The notes under the pieces: model-generated
Database searches by the model: none
The model's input: the letters and a program-made list of their open reading frames with translations, nothing else
What the model was told of the DNA's origin: nothing
Part shown: one piece after another, positions 17,902-25,229 of the stretch
Position numbering within the stretch: the stretch's first letter is position 1
Layout: the number at the start of each line of letters is the position of its first letter
Origin: a virus
Length of the DNA stretch: 40,915 nucleotides
IMG/VR virus record: IMGVR_UViG_3300045988_069369
Strand: one strand, 5' to 3'
Translations under genes and position numbers: made by a program

Positions 17902-19390
17902 TCAAATCTTTGTCAGACAAGCGACTATTTTTTTCTAATTGAATTGACAGCAAGCTTGAATTTTGTTGTTGTTTTTCAATTCGTTCCATTTCCGTTTGGG
18001 CATCAACCCCAGTCGCTGATTGCAGCATACTGTACACAGTTTCATCACTAACGACCCCGTACAAGCTTTTAGCATTTGTAACGACGCTTGAGGCATCTGC
18101 TGGCAAATTAGGAACGAATGTTACACGTACTTTTGACAAATCAAAGTTTTGAATTTCTTTTAGAGTCTCACTGATTCTAGCAATCAATTTGTATCGACGT
18201 TTAAGCGATTTTTCAAAAAGTGCCTGCATGTCAACACGTTTCTGGTCAAAGCCAAAAATTTTCCACTTCATCGCTTCCCCAGATTGTGTGCCTGAAAAAT
18301 TATCATCACTTAAATCTGGCGTGTTTGTGATTTTATGAATGTCATCAATAACACGATTCTTATAAGCTTCGGTGCCGTTAACATCGTACTGCTTGTATAA
18401 GTATTTAGCATCGACGGAACCCTCATTGCCGTTAGCATCAACTGGTGGTTCTAAGTTTAGCAAACGAGCCTTGCGCATTTTACGCATGAACTCAATTTGT
18501 TTCTCGGCTGTATCACAATCAGCTGGAAAACTAACACGGCCTATAATGGCTAGAATTGCATCTGACAAGTCTTGCATATAATTGGCTGTATCTGACTGTG
18601 AGGCATCATACAAGTCGATTAGAGACAACACAGACTCATAATCACCTATACCGTTTGAGCTGTTAAGATATTCAGTTAATGGAACCGTTCCGAAAAAATG
18701 AGGTGCTTCGTCTATAATTTTAAAGTCTTTAGATGAATCAATAATCAGGATTTCATCTGGTGTGTACACCTCGATAATTTTTTGGTTATTCGAGAATTGG
18801 TTTTTGTCATAATATCTAACACCGACGAGGCTATTCTCTTCTTTGGTCATGTCATAAATAACAAAAGTCGATGTTGGGTCTAGTTTTACTGCTTTTGTTT
18901 CGTCTTCTTGCGTACGATAAACTAAATCATAGGCACGACCTGTCTTAGATAGGTCAAGTACAAGTGAACGGTTTAATTGATGAAAACTATTATTTTTTGA
19001 AATCTCATCTAAAAATCTGATAACACTTTCGTTGCCCGCATCATCATAAGAAACTTGAATAGGATTCCCAACTAGATAACCTTGCTTGAATGTAGCAATA
19101 TATTCACCAAAATTATGAACGGCGCGTGTGTCTGCCATGTCTTGGTCTTTGCGTCGTTCGGATTCTAGAATAGTGTGGTTGTTTCCCTCTGCATAGTCAA
19201 GCAATTCTTGAATGCGTGGACGTTGCACTGTTTGATGATGATTGATATATTGTTTCAAAAGCTTAAAATCATCTGCAAACAATTCTTCTAAACTTTCTGC
19301 TCGATAACGCATTCTTGCTTGTCGATGAAAGCGAGGCTTTAATGTATGTGTTTGACCTGTGCTATCGACAAATGTTTCTGTATAAGCCAT
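17852..19390 (-). CDS. Portal protein (SPP1 gp6-like)
   Basis: 512-aa track ORF directly after TerL, with an acidic C-terminus. Confidence 0.85.
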   Translation of the reverse strand: MAYTETFVDSTGQTHTLKPRFHRQARMRYRAESLEELFADDFKLLKQYINHHQTVQRPRIQELLDYAEGNNHTILESERRKDQDMADTRAVHNFGEYIATFKQGYLVGNPIQVSYDDAGNESVIRFLDEISKNNSFHQLNRSLVLDLSKTGRAYDLVYRTQEDETKAVKLDPTSTFVIYDMTKEENSLVGVRYYDKNQFSNNQKIIEVYTPDEILIIDSSKDFKIIDEAPHFFGTVPLTEYLNSSNGIGDYESVLSLIDLYDASQSDTANYMQDLSDAILAIIGRVSFPADCDTAEKQIEFMRKMRKARLLNLEPPVDANGNEGSVDAKYLYKQYDVNGTEAYKNRVIDDIHKITNTPDLSDDNFSGTQSGEAMKWKIFGFDQKRVDMQALFEKSLKRRYKLIARISETLKEIQNFDLSKVRVTFVPNLPADASSVVTNAKSLYGVVSDETVYSMLQSATGVDAQTEMERIEKQQQNSSLLSIQLEKNSRLSDKDLNEEDENNGEQVLEEKD

Positions 19391-19402
19391 TTAAATTCCT
19401 TT

Positions 19403-20653
19403 CTACAAGCCAAAACCAGCTCGAAGTGTATCGAACTGGTTGCCATTGTTTTTCTGTTTCCTTGTCACTTCGTCTGAATATATTGCATATCTTAACGAGT
19501 CGAGCACGTCATCGTATTCCTTGAGGGGTTCATCTTTAACGCTGTTTGGTTTCCATTTGTATTGATAAATTTCATCGAAAAAGCGAGGAATCACACCCCG
19601 TTTAATGTACAATGTGCGTTCTTTGAAACGTTTAGCCACGCTTTCAATACCGGCAATGACGTTTTTATTTGCGTTTCTTGCGTCAAATTCAGCATTTTGT
19701 AAATGCGCAACGTGTTCAGGACGTGCCGAATCGCACCAAAACGTAATATTGCCGTACTTTGTTTTAAACTCTCTTACTCTGTCTGTCCACCACGCAATCT
19801 CTCTGTATCGCTCTGAAATGCCGTCAACCAAATATTGTTTACCGCCTGACGTTTCACCAACAATTACAATCGAACCGAAGTGGTCATAACCAAAGTCGAT
19901 ACCGCCAAAATATCGAACCATCCGAGGCAATTCATCAACTTCATGAATATTTGCGTCATAATCGCTATATATTGCCCCTTCTGCCACTGTCCACTTACCG
20001 TCTATGTCTCTGTCATAGAACTTACCAGACGGTGTAGCGGCTTTAATAGAAGCTATATAGCGATGACTTAAAAACGTGTTATCATCAAGTTTAAAGCTAA
20101 AATCGATAATCTTACCATTGTTTTTACCAATGTAATCACGTCTAAGCCAGTGATTCGGGTTATCTGGGTTACTGTCCCAAACAATGCGGGCACCTTCACC
20201 AGAACAACGAGAGATGATTTCCTTGAACACAACTTCATTCGCAAGTGATGCCTCGTTGACGTATGCACCGAAAGCAGTGAAACCACGAGCACGTTTGAGC
20301 CCAGAAATCGAACCAGTGTACACTTGAACAACCTTAACACCGCAAAACGTAAATGAACCATGCTTATCGTATTTAGGTTCAAAGCCATATTTGTTATAAA
20401 GCTCTTGCAAGATGTTATTTTGAATAGACGTGCTAGATGTTCCAGCTAAAATGTACATTGGCTCGTCAATACCAAGTTTGTCGGCAATCTTACGAACTCG
20501 CTTCAGTTCAGAAATAAACGTGTCATTATTGACTACCGTCTTACCTGCTCGCTTAGCACCGTGTAAGCCACAAATGAACCAATCGTGTGTCCAGATGTAT
20601 TTGAGTACAGAAAGCTGTTTAGGCGTGTACAGACCGCTTAAATCAACTGTCAT
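19403..20653 (-). CDS. terL: Terminase large subunit
   Basis: 416-aa track ORF. Walker A-like GLHGAKRAGKT lies near the N-terminus and a nuclease half at the C-terminus. It has an 11-nt overlap with TerS. Confidence 0.9.
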   Translation of the reverse strand: MTVDLSGLYTPKQLSVLKYIWTHDWFICGLHGAKRAGKTVVNNDTFISELKRVRKIADKLGIDEPMYILAGTSSTSIQNNILQELYNKYGFEPKYDKHGSFTFCGVKVVQVYTGSISGLKRARGFTAFGAYVNEASLANEVVFKEIISRCSGEGARIVWDSNPDNPNHWLRRDYIGKNNGKIIDFSFKLDDNTFLSHRYIASIKAATPSGKFYDRDIDGKWTVAEGAIYSDYDANIHEVDELPRMVRYFGGIDFGYDHFGSIVIVGETSGGKQYLVDGISERYREIAWWTDRVREFKTKYGNITFWCDSARPEHVAHLQNAEFDARNANKNVIAGIESVAKRFKERTLYIKRGVIPRFFDEIYQYKWKPNSVKDEPLKEYDDVLDSLRYAIYSDEVTRKQKNNGNQFDTLRAGFGL

Positions 20654-21137
20654 CTGTCACAATCTCCTTAACTTTTTCAAGAAAATCAGCAATTTTCTCA
20701 TCTTGTCCCTCATCTCCGCCAACTTGAGATTTGAGTTTTTCAATTTCAAGTTTAAGCTTTTGAAGTTCGAGTTTAGTTGGATAACGTTTCATAAGCTCGC
20801 TGCCTGCTTTAATCACCTCAGCAATTGACGGTTTCTTCTCGATTGTCACGAATGTACCAGTCGATTGGTCAAGCTCAGTGACTTCTTCGGTGAGTTCTTG
20901 CCTTAAAATACTTGTAAACACTTGCAAAACCTCGTCAGCTGTTGCGATTTTATGTTTTTCTAATTCAGCAAGCCTTTGTTTTATAGCTTCTTTTATTTGA
21001 GGTTTTTTGAGGTTCTCCGCCCCAGACTGATAAGCAGCTTTTTTAGCATATCCAGCTTTTATAGCTGCATCCGTTGCATTTCCAGAGATGATGTACTCGT
21101 CTACAAATCTCTGCTGCTTTAATGTTAATTTAGTGAT
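20643..21137 (-). CDS. terS: Terminase small subunit. The conserved N-terminal HTH lies upstream of the first canonical start, so the proposed start is AUC at 21137 behind AAGGAGGTGG.
   Basis: The track ORF 20643..20927 starts at TTG. The same frame is open up to the TGA at 21171-21173 and encodes KLTLKQQRFVDEYIISGNATDAAIKAGYAKKAAYQSGAENLKKPQIKEAI, a classic TerS DNA-binding N-terminus. That stretch contains no ATG, GTG or TTG. Confidence 0.7.
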   Translation of the reverse strand: MTKLTLKQQRFVDEYIISGNATDAAIKAGYAKKAAYQSGAENLKKPQIKEAIKQRLAELEKHKIATADEVLQVFTSILRQELTEEVTELDQSTGTFVTIEKKPSIAEVIKAGSELMKRYPTKLELQKLKLEIEKLKSQVGGDEGQDEKIADFLEKVKEIVTDDS

Positions 21138-21208
21138 TTTCCACCACCTCCTTGCATAAAAAATAGAGGCTCATCTCGAACCTCTTATCTTTATTATTTG
21201 ACAATACC

Positions 21209-21280
21209 ATAATAGCACATTGAGAACACCATGCACGCCCAGATTCCCCTTTTTTATGCCATTTATTCCCACTTATTCCC
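21209..21280 (-). promoter_or_regulatory. Putative activator-dependent late promoter: extended -10 (TGcTATTAT, 21217-21209) with three upstream GGG(G)AAT(AA) repeats
   Basis: The minus strand reads GGGAATAAgtGGGAATAA (21280-21263), GGGGAAT (21249-21243) and TGCTATTAT. There is no TTGACA-like -35. It lies between the activator gene and terS. Confidence 0.45.
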
Positions 21281-21288
21281 ATTTTTTG

Positions 21289-21699
21289 TCATGGCTCTAA
21301 AAAAATATCAATTTCTTCAGTTGCATGCTTGCGCAGACGATAATAAGTTGATTGGCTGATTCCTAAATGCTCCATAATTTCCTCTGGGTATTGTTTTAGA
21401 ATGTACGTCATGCGTAAAATAGCTCGCTCTTTTGGATTAGATACCTTGTTGATTAATCTACTTAATTCAAGCTTGCGATTAATAATGTCGTTCGTGTCAT
21501 GTTCGATTGACTCTTTTAAAACAATAAGCTGTGCGTATACATCGTCGACTTTTGTCGGTTTCCCGCCTTTAATTTTGTCAGTAGACCATTTGGGACTAGA
21601 TAATAATCCAGCTTCAAGCGTTCTAACTTCGTCGATTCTGCTCTGGATATCTGTGTCTAAGTTTTGTAATTCGTCAAGTAATTGTGATGCCTTGCTCAT
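21289..21699 (-). CDS. Late-gene transcriptional activator (sigma-70 region-4-like HTH; RinA/ArpU/Alt-type)
   Basis: 136-aa track ORF immediately upstream of the packaging genes. The C-terminal ERAILRMTYILKQYPEEIMEHLGISQSTYYRLRKHA is a sigma r4-type HTH. Confidence 0.65.
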   Translation of the reverse strand: MSKASQLLDELQNLDTDIQSRIDEVRTLEAGLLSSPKWSTDKIKGGKPTKVDDVYAQLIVLKESIEHDTNDIINRKLELSRLINKVSNPKERAILRMTYILKQYPEEIMEHLGISQSTYYRLRKHATEEIDIFLEP

Positions 21700-21742
21700 T
21701 TCTAGCTTCCTCGTGGTATAATAATATTAACGAATTTATCCC

Positions 21743-21775
21743 ACAAAAGCCTTGCGTGAGCTGGGCTTTTTTTGT
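21743..21775. terminator. Bidirectional-looking hairpin with flanking A and T runs, at the end of the tRNA-like region
   Basis: The plus strand reads caaaAGCCttGCgtgaGCtGGGCTTTTTTTgtgtttt. The minus-strand version is followed only by TTTTG. Confidence 0.4.
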
Positions 21776-21958
21776 GTTTTGAAACTAGCGATAATTTCAA
21801 ATCACAATTAAAAGAAAATAATATCAAAGTACCTCTTTTCTGTTTTTAATTTCGCTATGTTTTGCCAATAAGTAACCCAATAACCCTATCAGCTGTGTAC
21901 TAATTTTTGTAAGAAGAAGTGGTTCATACCACCTCTATTCATATTTTATTTTGGGTTA

Positions 21959-22038
21959 TAGAGAGGGAGGGATTCGAACCCTCAAAGCTTTACGCTCCCT
22001 GATTTCAGGTAACCATCTTCCAATTCTGAGACCTCTCT
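21959..22038 (-). tRNA. tRNA-like element / probable pseudo-tRNA (80 nt, type-II-like) with a non-canonical anticodon arm
   Basis: The minus strand reads AGAGAGG-UC-UCA-GAAUUGGAAGA-UGG-...-GAGC-GUAAA-GCUU-U-GAGGG-UUCGAAU-CCCUC-CCUCUCU-A. It has a perfect 7-bp acceptor stem, a canonical T arm, a D loop with GG and a long variable arm. The anticodon region, however, only forms CCUG/CAGG around a 4-nt loop (AAAU), or a 7-nt loop GAAAUCA lacking U33. Confidence 0.5.
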
Positions 22039-22041
22039 GAA

Positions 22042-22087
22042 TGTCCGCGCGTGGATTCGAACCACGCTTTAAGCCATCCCTACGGAC
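22042..22087 (-). ncRNA. Truncated tRNA-like element (46 nt: acceptor stem plus T arm, no D or anticodon arms)
   Basis: The minus strand reads GUCCGUA-GGGAUGGCUUAAAG-CGUGG-UUCGAAU-CCACG-CGCGGAC-A. It lies 3 nt upstream of the 80-nt element. Confidence 0.45.
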
Positions 22088-22190
22088 ACCGAGTTTATTT
22101 TATTAGTAGAAAAGGTAGGTGCTAGATTGCTCAGCTAGCTAAGCAATCATCATAGCCCTGCTTTCTGTTTAGTTTTAAATGCTAGCCTTA

Positions 22191-22222
22191 TACCCACGAG
22201 CCGAATCGAACGGCTCTAAGTA
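22191..22222 (-). ncRNA. tRNA-type minihelix (T arm stacked on a 6-bp stem)
   Basis: The minus strand reads UACUUA-GAGCCG-UUCGAUU-CGGCUC-g-UGGGUA. No matching 5' acceptor or D/anticodon arms lie upstream. Confidence 0.4.
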
Positions 22223-22235
22223 CCATTGTGAGTCA

Positions 22236-22403
22236 TTAAGCTTTATAAAGTACCAGTGCCTTGTAACCATAAACACCATTTTGAGTTGTATCTGAAACAA
22301 CTGAAACGCTAATAATTTCATGAAACTCTGCAAATTCATTTATGTCCAGTTTTAGATTAGACATAGTTTTTCCCATAAACATTGCTACTCTGTTCCTATT
22401 CAT
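22236..22403 (-). CDS. Small hypothetical protein (55 aa), below the track cut-off
   Basis: Own translation: MNRNRVAMFMGKTMSNLKLDINEFAEFHEIISVSVVSDTTQNGVYGYKALVLYKA. AGGAG lies 8 nt upstream of the ATG at 22403. Confidence 0.5.
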   Translation of the reverse strand: MNRNRVAMFMGKTMSNLKLDINEFAEFHEIISVSVVSDTTQNGVYGYKALVLYKA

Positions 22404-22405
22404 AT

Positions 22406-22591
22406 TTATTCTCCTAATTCAATTTCCACCATACCATCATTATAAATGCTAATTTCTGCAACAGTGCTTTTTAGTACTTCTGGTGGAATATAACTTTCAC
22501 CAAAATCAAACTTTTCTTTTTCTGCTGTGAAGATATAAATTGGTGTATCTTCTGTCCAAATTAAATCAATAATGTCTCTTAATTCAATCAT
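22406..22591 (-). CDS. Hypothetical protein (61 aa), paralog of 28530..28730
   Basis: Track ORF. Both paralogs start MIELRDIIDL and share F(D/E)(F/Y)GE...I.I..D....I.L. Confidence 0.6.
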   Translation of the reverse strand: MIELRDIIDLIWTEDTPIYIFTAEKEKFDFGESYIPPEVLKSTVAEISIYNDGMVEIELGE

Positions 22592-22622
22592 TTGTTTTTT
22601 CCTTTATTTATTTTATATATTT

Positions 22623-22651
22623 ATTATATATAATATTTTGTACTTTGTCAA
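22623..22651 (-). promoter_or_regulatory. Consensus sigma-A promoter TTGACA-N17-TATAAT
   Basis: The minus strand reads TTGACAaagtacaaaatattataTATAAT. The -35 is at 22651-22646 and the -10 at 22628-22623. Confidence 0.8.
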
Positions 22652-22691
22652 CACTTTTTTCATTTTTTTATAAAATAATTTATTTTACACA

Positions 22692-22722
22692 TAAATAAAA
22701 AAGAGCTAACTTTTGTTAGCAC
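22692..22722 (-). terminator. Intrinsic terminator after the M/S methyltransferase pair
   Basis: The minus strand reads GCTAAC-AAAA-GTTAGC followed by TCTTTTTTATTT. Confidence 0.8.
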
Positions 22723-22735
22723 TTCAATAATTTTA

Positions 22736-23167
22736 TTAACTACAAAATATTTTAGATAGCATTGTATTCTTAAATTCCTTTACTTCGCTTAGCTCTTGTT
22801 CAGATAGAAAGATGGAACGCTCGATTACTTCCATATTTTCGACTTGTTCCTTTTGGATATTGATATCGTCTTCAATATATAATTCCATATGCTTAAATTC
22901 CTCAATCTTCATATTCAATCCAGTTTGAAATTTATAAAAAAATTCGTCTGCGCTATTTTTAACTGCGAAATAAAAATATTTTGAATCAATTTTATTACAA
23001 GGTTTTAATACTACGTAACGACTTCCTATTATCATATCTTCATCGACATATTCAACTTGTCCTCTCGTTGCACTTATTTGAACGATAGTGATTCCTGAAG
23101 AATACTCTTTGTTTTTAGATCGCTCGATACTTGCGATATCCAACAATTTGACTTTTTTATATACCAT
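22736..23167 (-). CDS. hsdS: Half-size HsdS-like specificity subunit (one target-recognition domain plus a helical tail)
   Basis: 143-aa track ORF. The N-terminal VKLLDIASIERSKNKEY resembles the start of type I S-subunit TRDs and the C-terminus is helical. Its ATG overlaps the methyltransferase stop (TAATG). Confidence 0.55.
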   Translation of the reverse strand: MVYKKVKLLDIASIERSKNKEYSSGITIVQISATRGQVEYVDEDMIIGSRYVVLKPCNKIDSKYFYFAVKNSADEFFYKFQTGLNMKIEEFKHMELYIEDDINIQKEQVENMEVIERSIFLSEQELSEVKEFKNTMLSKIFCS

Positions 23168-24441
23168 TAAAACAATGTAAGCTGGTCTTCGTCAGCATTC
23201 CTTTCTTTTTGTTTATCCGTGTTAATAATTGTCGCAAACATTTCTTTCTCTCTGTTCATTTTTCCAATGTTGCTTTTGTCTGTCGGTACTAATTCAGAAA
23301 ACATATCCAGTAATTTTTCTTCAGCTTCTGAAATCTCTTTTTTAACTTGCAGCCATTCACTAAATACCTGTTCTAAATCTACTGGGTCTTCTGGCACATA
23401 AGTATCAACATAGCGAGGAATATTTAAATTAAAATCATTTTCTTTTATCTCACTCAGTGAACAAAGATAAGCGAATCTATCTACAGATTTGCGGATATTG
23501 TATACGTCTACAATTCGTTCAATATTAGCTTGTTCTAAAATATTTTGCTTCCCGCCTTTTTTGAACTCATCACTTGCATCTATAAACAAGACATCACTTG
23601 TATTGCGTTCTTTTTTTAAATTTAAAATGACAGTTGGAATAGATGTATTAAGAAATAATTTTTCTGGCAACCCTATCACAGAATTAATGACACTGTCTTC
23701 CAAAAGGTGCTCTCTGATTTTCCCTTCTTTCGCCCCTCTAAACAATACTCCGTGTGGCAAAATTTCAAACAGATTTCCGCTTGGTTTTAAAAGCGATAAA
23801 GCATGTAAGACGAAAGCGAAGTCAGCTTTCGAAGCTGGTGCTAAACCGTATTTTTCAAACCTTTCACCATTGGTAGGATTCCATTTTAGCGAATATGGAG
23901 GATTTGATATAACAGTATCAAAAAGAATTTCGTTGTTTGGACTTTCAGCTATTTGAATTTCGCTAAAGTTTTTTGATCGCTTCAGCTTGTATACCGTGAA
24001 AACTTCTTGTGTAAGGCTATCACCATGAATAACTTCACCATCTACATTCATTAATACTAAGTTTAAAAGCAAAAATGGAATTGGCTGAGCAGAGAACTCT
24101 TCGCACCTTGCAAACTCAACTTCTGGATGCGCTTTTAGAAACGCAACGGTAAGAGAACCTGTTCCAGAACATACGTCTGCAAGATTTTTAGTGTTACCAG
24201 AAAGTTTTGCTAGTAAGTTTGAAAGCCCATCTGGAGTATAATCTTGTTTCAATTCTTTTCGATTAGATTGTTCTTCTTGAAACATATCTCGAAAGATATC
24301 AATAACTTTATCATCCTTTTTTTCATTTATTAATTGTAAAATGTGTTCTCGTGAATCTGGGTTGAGCAAAGCATTTAGTAATTTTTTAGGAATTTCAGAA
24401 GTCTCTCTACATTTTAAAATTTCTTTTAATAATTCTCTCAT
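23167..24441 (-). CDS. hsdM: N6-adenine DNA methyltransferase, type I HsdM-like (orphan; no R subunit in the genome)
   Basis: Track ORF trimmed to the ATG at 24441, which sits behind AAAGAGGTGG and overlaps the upstream stop as ATGA. AdoMet motif DVCSGTGSL and catalytic motif NPPY (VISNPPYSLKW) are present. Confidence 0.85.
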   Translation of the reverse strand: MRELLKEILKCRETSEIPKKLLNALLNPDSREHILQLINEKKDDKVIDIFRDMFQEEQSNRKELKQDYTPDGLSNLLAKLSGNTKNLADVCSGTGSLTVAFLKAHPEVEFARCEEFSAQPIPFLLLNLVLMNVDGEVIHGDSLTQEVFTVYKLKRSKNFSEIQIAESPNNEILFDTVISNPPYSLKWNPTNGERFEKYGLAPASKADFAFVLHALSLLKPSGNLFEILPHGVLFRGAKEGKIREHLLEDSVINSVIGLPEKLFLNTSIPTVILNLKKERNTSDVLFIDASDEFKKGGKQNILEQANIERIVDVYNIRKSVDRFAYLCSLSEIKENDFNLNIPRYVDTYVPEDPVDLEQVFSEWLQVKKEISEAEEKLLDMFSELVPTDKSNIGKMNREKEMFATIINTDKQKERNADEDQLTLF

Positions 24442-24965
24442 TCTTCCACCTCTTTCGCAAACGGCCACAAACGCTCATCAGTCTCTTTAATTTCTTGTTC
24501 GGTTAGTTTAGTATTATAAATAGCCTTGTCAAAAAAACCAGAAACATCTTTGAATGGTAACATCTTATACTGAATATTAAGCCCTCTTGTAATTTTAGTA
24601 AGAATAGCATCTGCTATCTCAACCGTATACAGTTTATCTGGTTCAATCTCTACAGCATTAGCGCCATTTACAATCAATGTTACAAGTGCAAGTGCATTTA
24701 ATTCTGCTTGTCTTTTGTTTTCTGAATTTAACCAATCATATACTTTTAATGGTTGGTTTCCGCAATCAAACCACTCGTCAAAATCGAAACAGCACTCCCT
24801 TGAATCATCAACCCACTCACCCACAAATTTCGGAACAACCACTTTCTGCGGTGCGTATATCTGATTGATTATATGTCTTGCGACATCTAAACCCACAACT
24901 AAATCATTATTCCCAATGTTTAATGAATTACTTTCTATTTTTTCAATCGCTTCTTGTTTATTCAT
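24438..24965 (-). CDS. DUF1642-like phage protein, paralog 1 of 5
   Basis: Track ORF. The N-terminus is MNKQEAIEKIE and the C-terminus LTEQEIKETDERLWPFAKEVEE. Confidence 0.7.
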   Translation of the reverse strand: MNKQEAIEKIESNSLNIGNNDLVVGLDVARHIINQIYAPQKVVVPKFVGEWVDDSRECCFDFDEWFDCGNQPLKVYDWLNSENKRQAELNALALVTLIVNGANAVEIEPDKLYTVEIADAILTKITRGLNIQYKMLPFKDVSGFFDKAIYNTKLTEQEIKETDERLWPFAKEVEE

Positions 24966-25013
24966 TCTTCCACCTCATTAATTTCATGGTTATCATTGCC
25001 CTAATGTTGGTTG

Positions 25014-25229
25014 TTATTCCAGTTCAACTACTACACGAAGCCACACACCAAACTCATTTCCATCAATGCTTACTTCAGCGCTGTGTACATAATCACCATA
25101 AAAATCATCAATGTCGGTTTTTTCAAGATTATATTTTGTACCTGCCTTTTCAATGATAATTGCAGCATCAGTTCCTTCACAATCACAAAATGCATGATTT
25201 TCCAAATAATCTTCAAGAGTTACGTTCAT
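25014..25229 (-). CDS. Hypothetical protein (71 aa)
   Basis: Track ORF trimmed to the ATG at 25229 (MNVTLEDY...), which overlaps the HNH stop as ATGA behind AAAGAGGTG. Confidence 0.55.
   Translation of the reverse strand: MNVTLEDYLENHAFCDCEGTDAAIIIEKAGTKYNLEKTDIDDFYGDYVHSAEVSIDGNEFGVWLRVVVELE

Noticed and set aside
21959-22087. tRNA-like sequences as an attP core for integration into a host tRNA gene
   Set aside because: No integrase or excisionase gene is present anywhere in the genome, so a functional attP is unlikely. A relic of a former attP cannot be excluded.
22191-22222. A full-length third tRNA ending at 22191
   Set aside because: The 3' strand CGUGGGU has no complementary 5' acceptor strand, and no D or anticodon arms lie within the preceding 80 nt, which is the 3' end of a 55-aa ORF. 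Only a T-arm minihelix can be drawn.
24442-24468. N-terminal extensions such as MAVCERGGRM, MAVCKRGERM, MAICERGYKM, MGERGERM, MAGRLDGRKRWKM and MNGHLDGRKKWSKM on six track ORFs
   Set aside because: They arise from GTG/TTG codons inside the conserved 3' end of the preceding DUF1642-type gene read in another frame. The real starts are the ATGs placed 7-9 nt after the AAAGAGGTG motif and overlapping the upstream stop.
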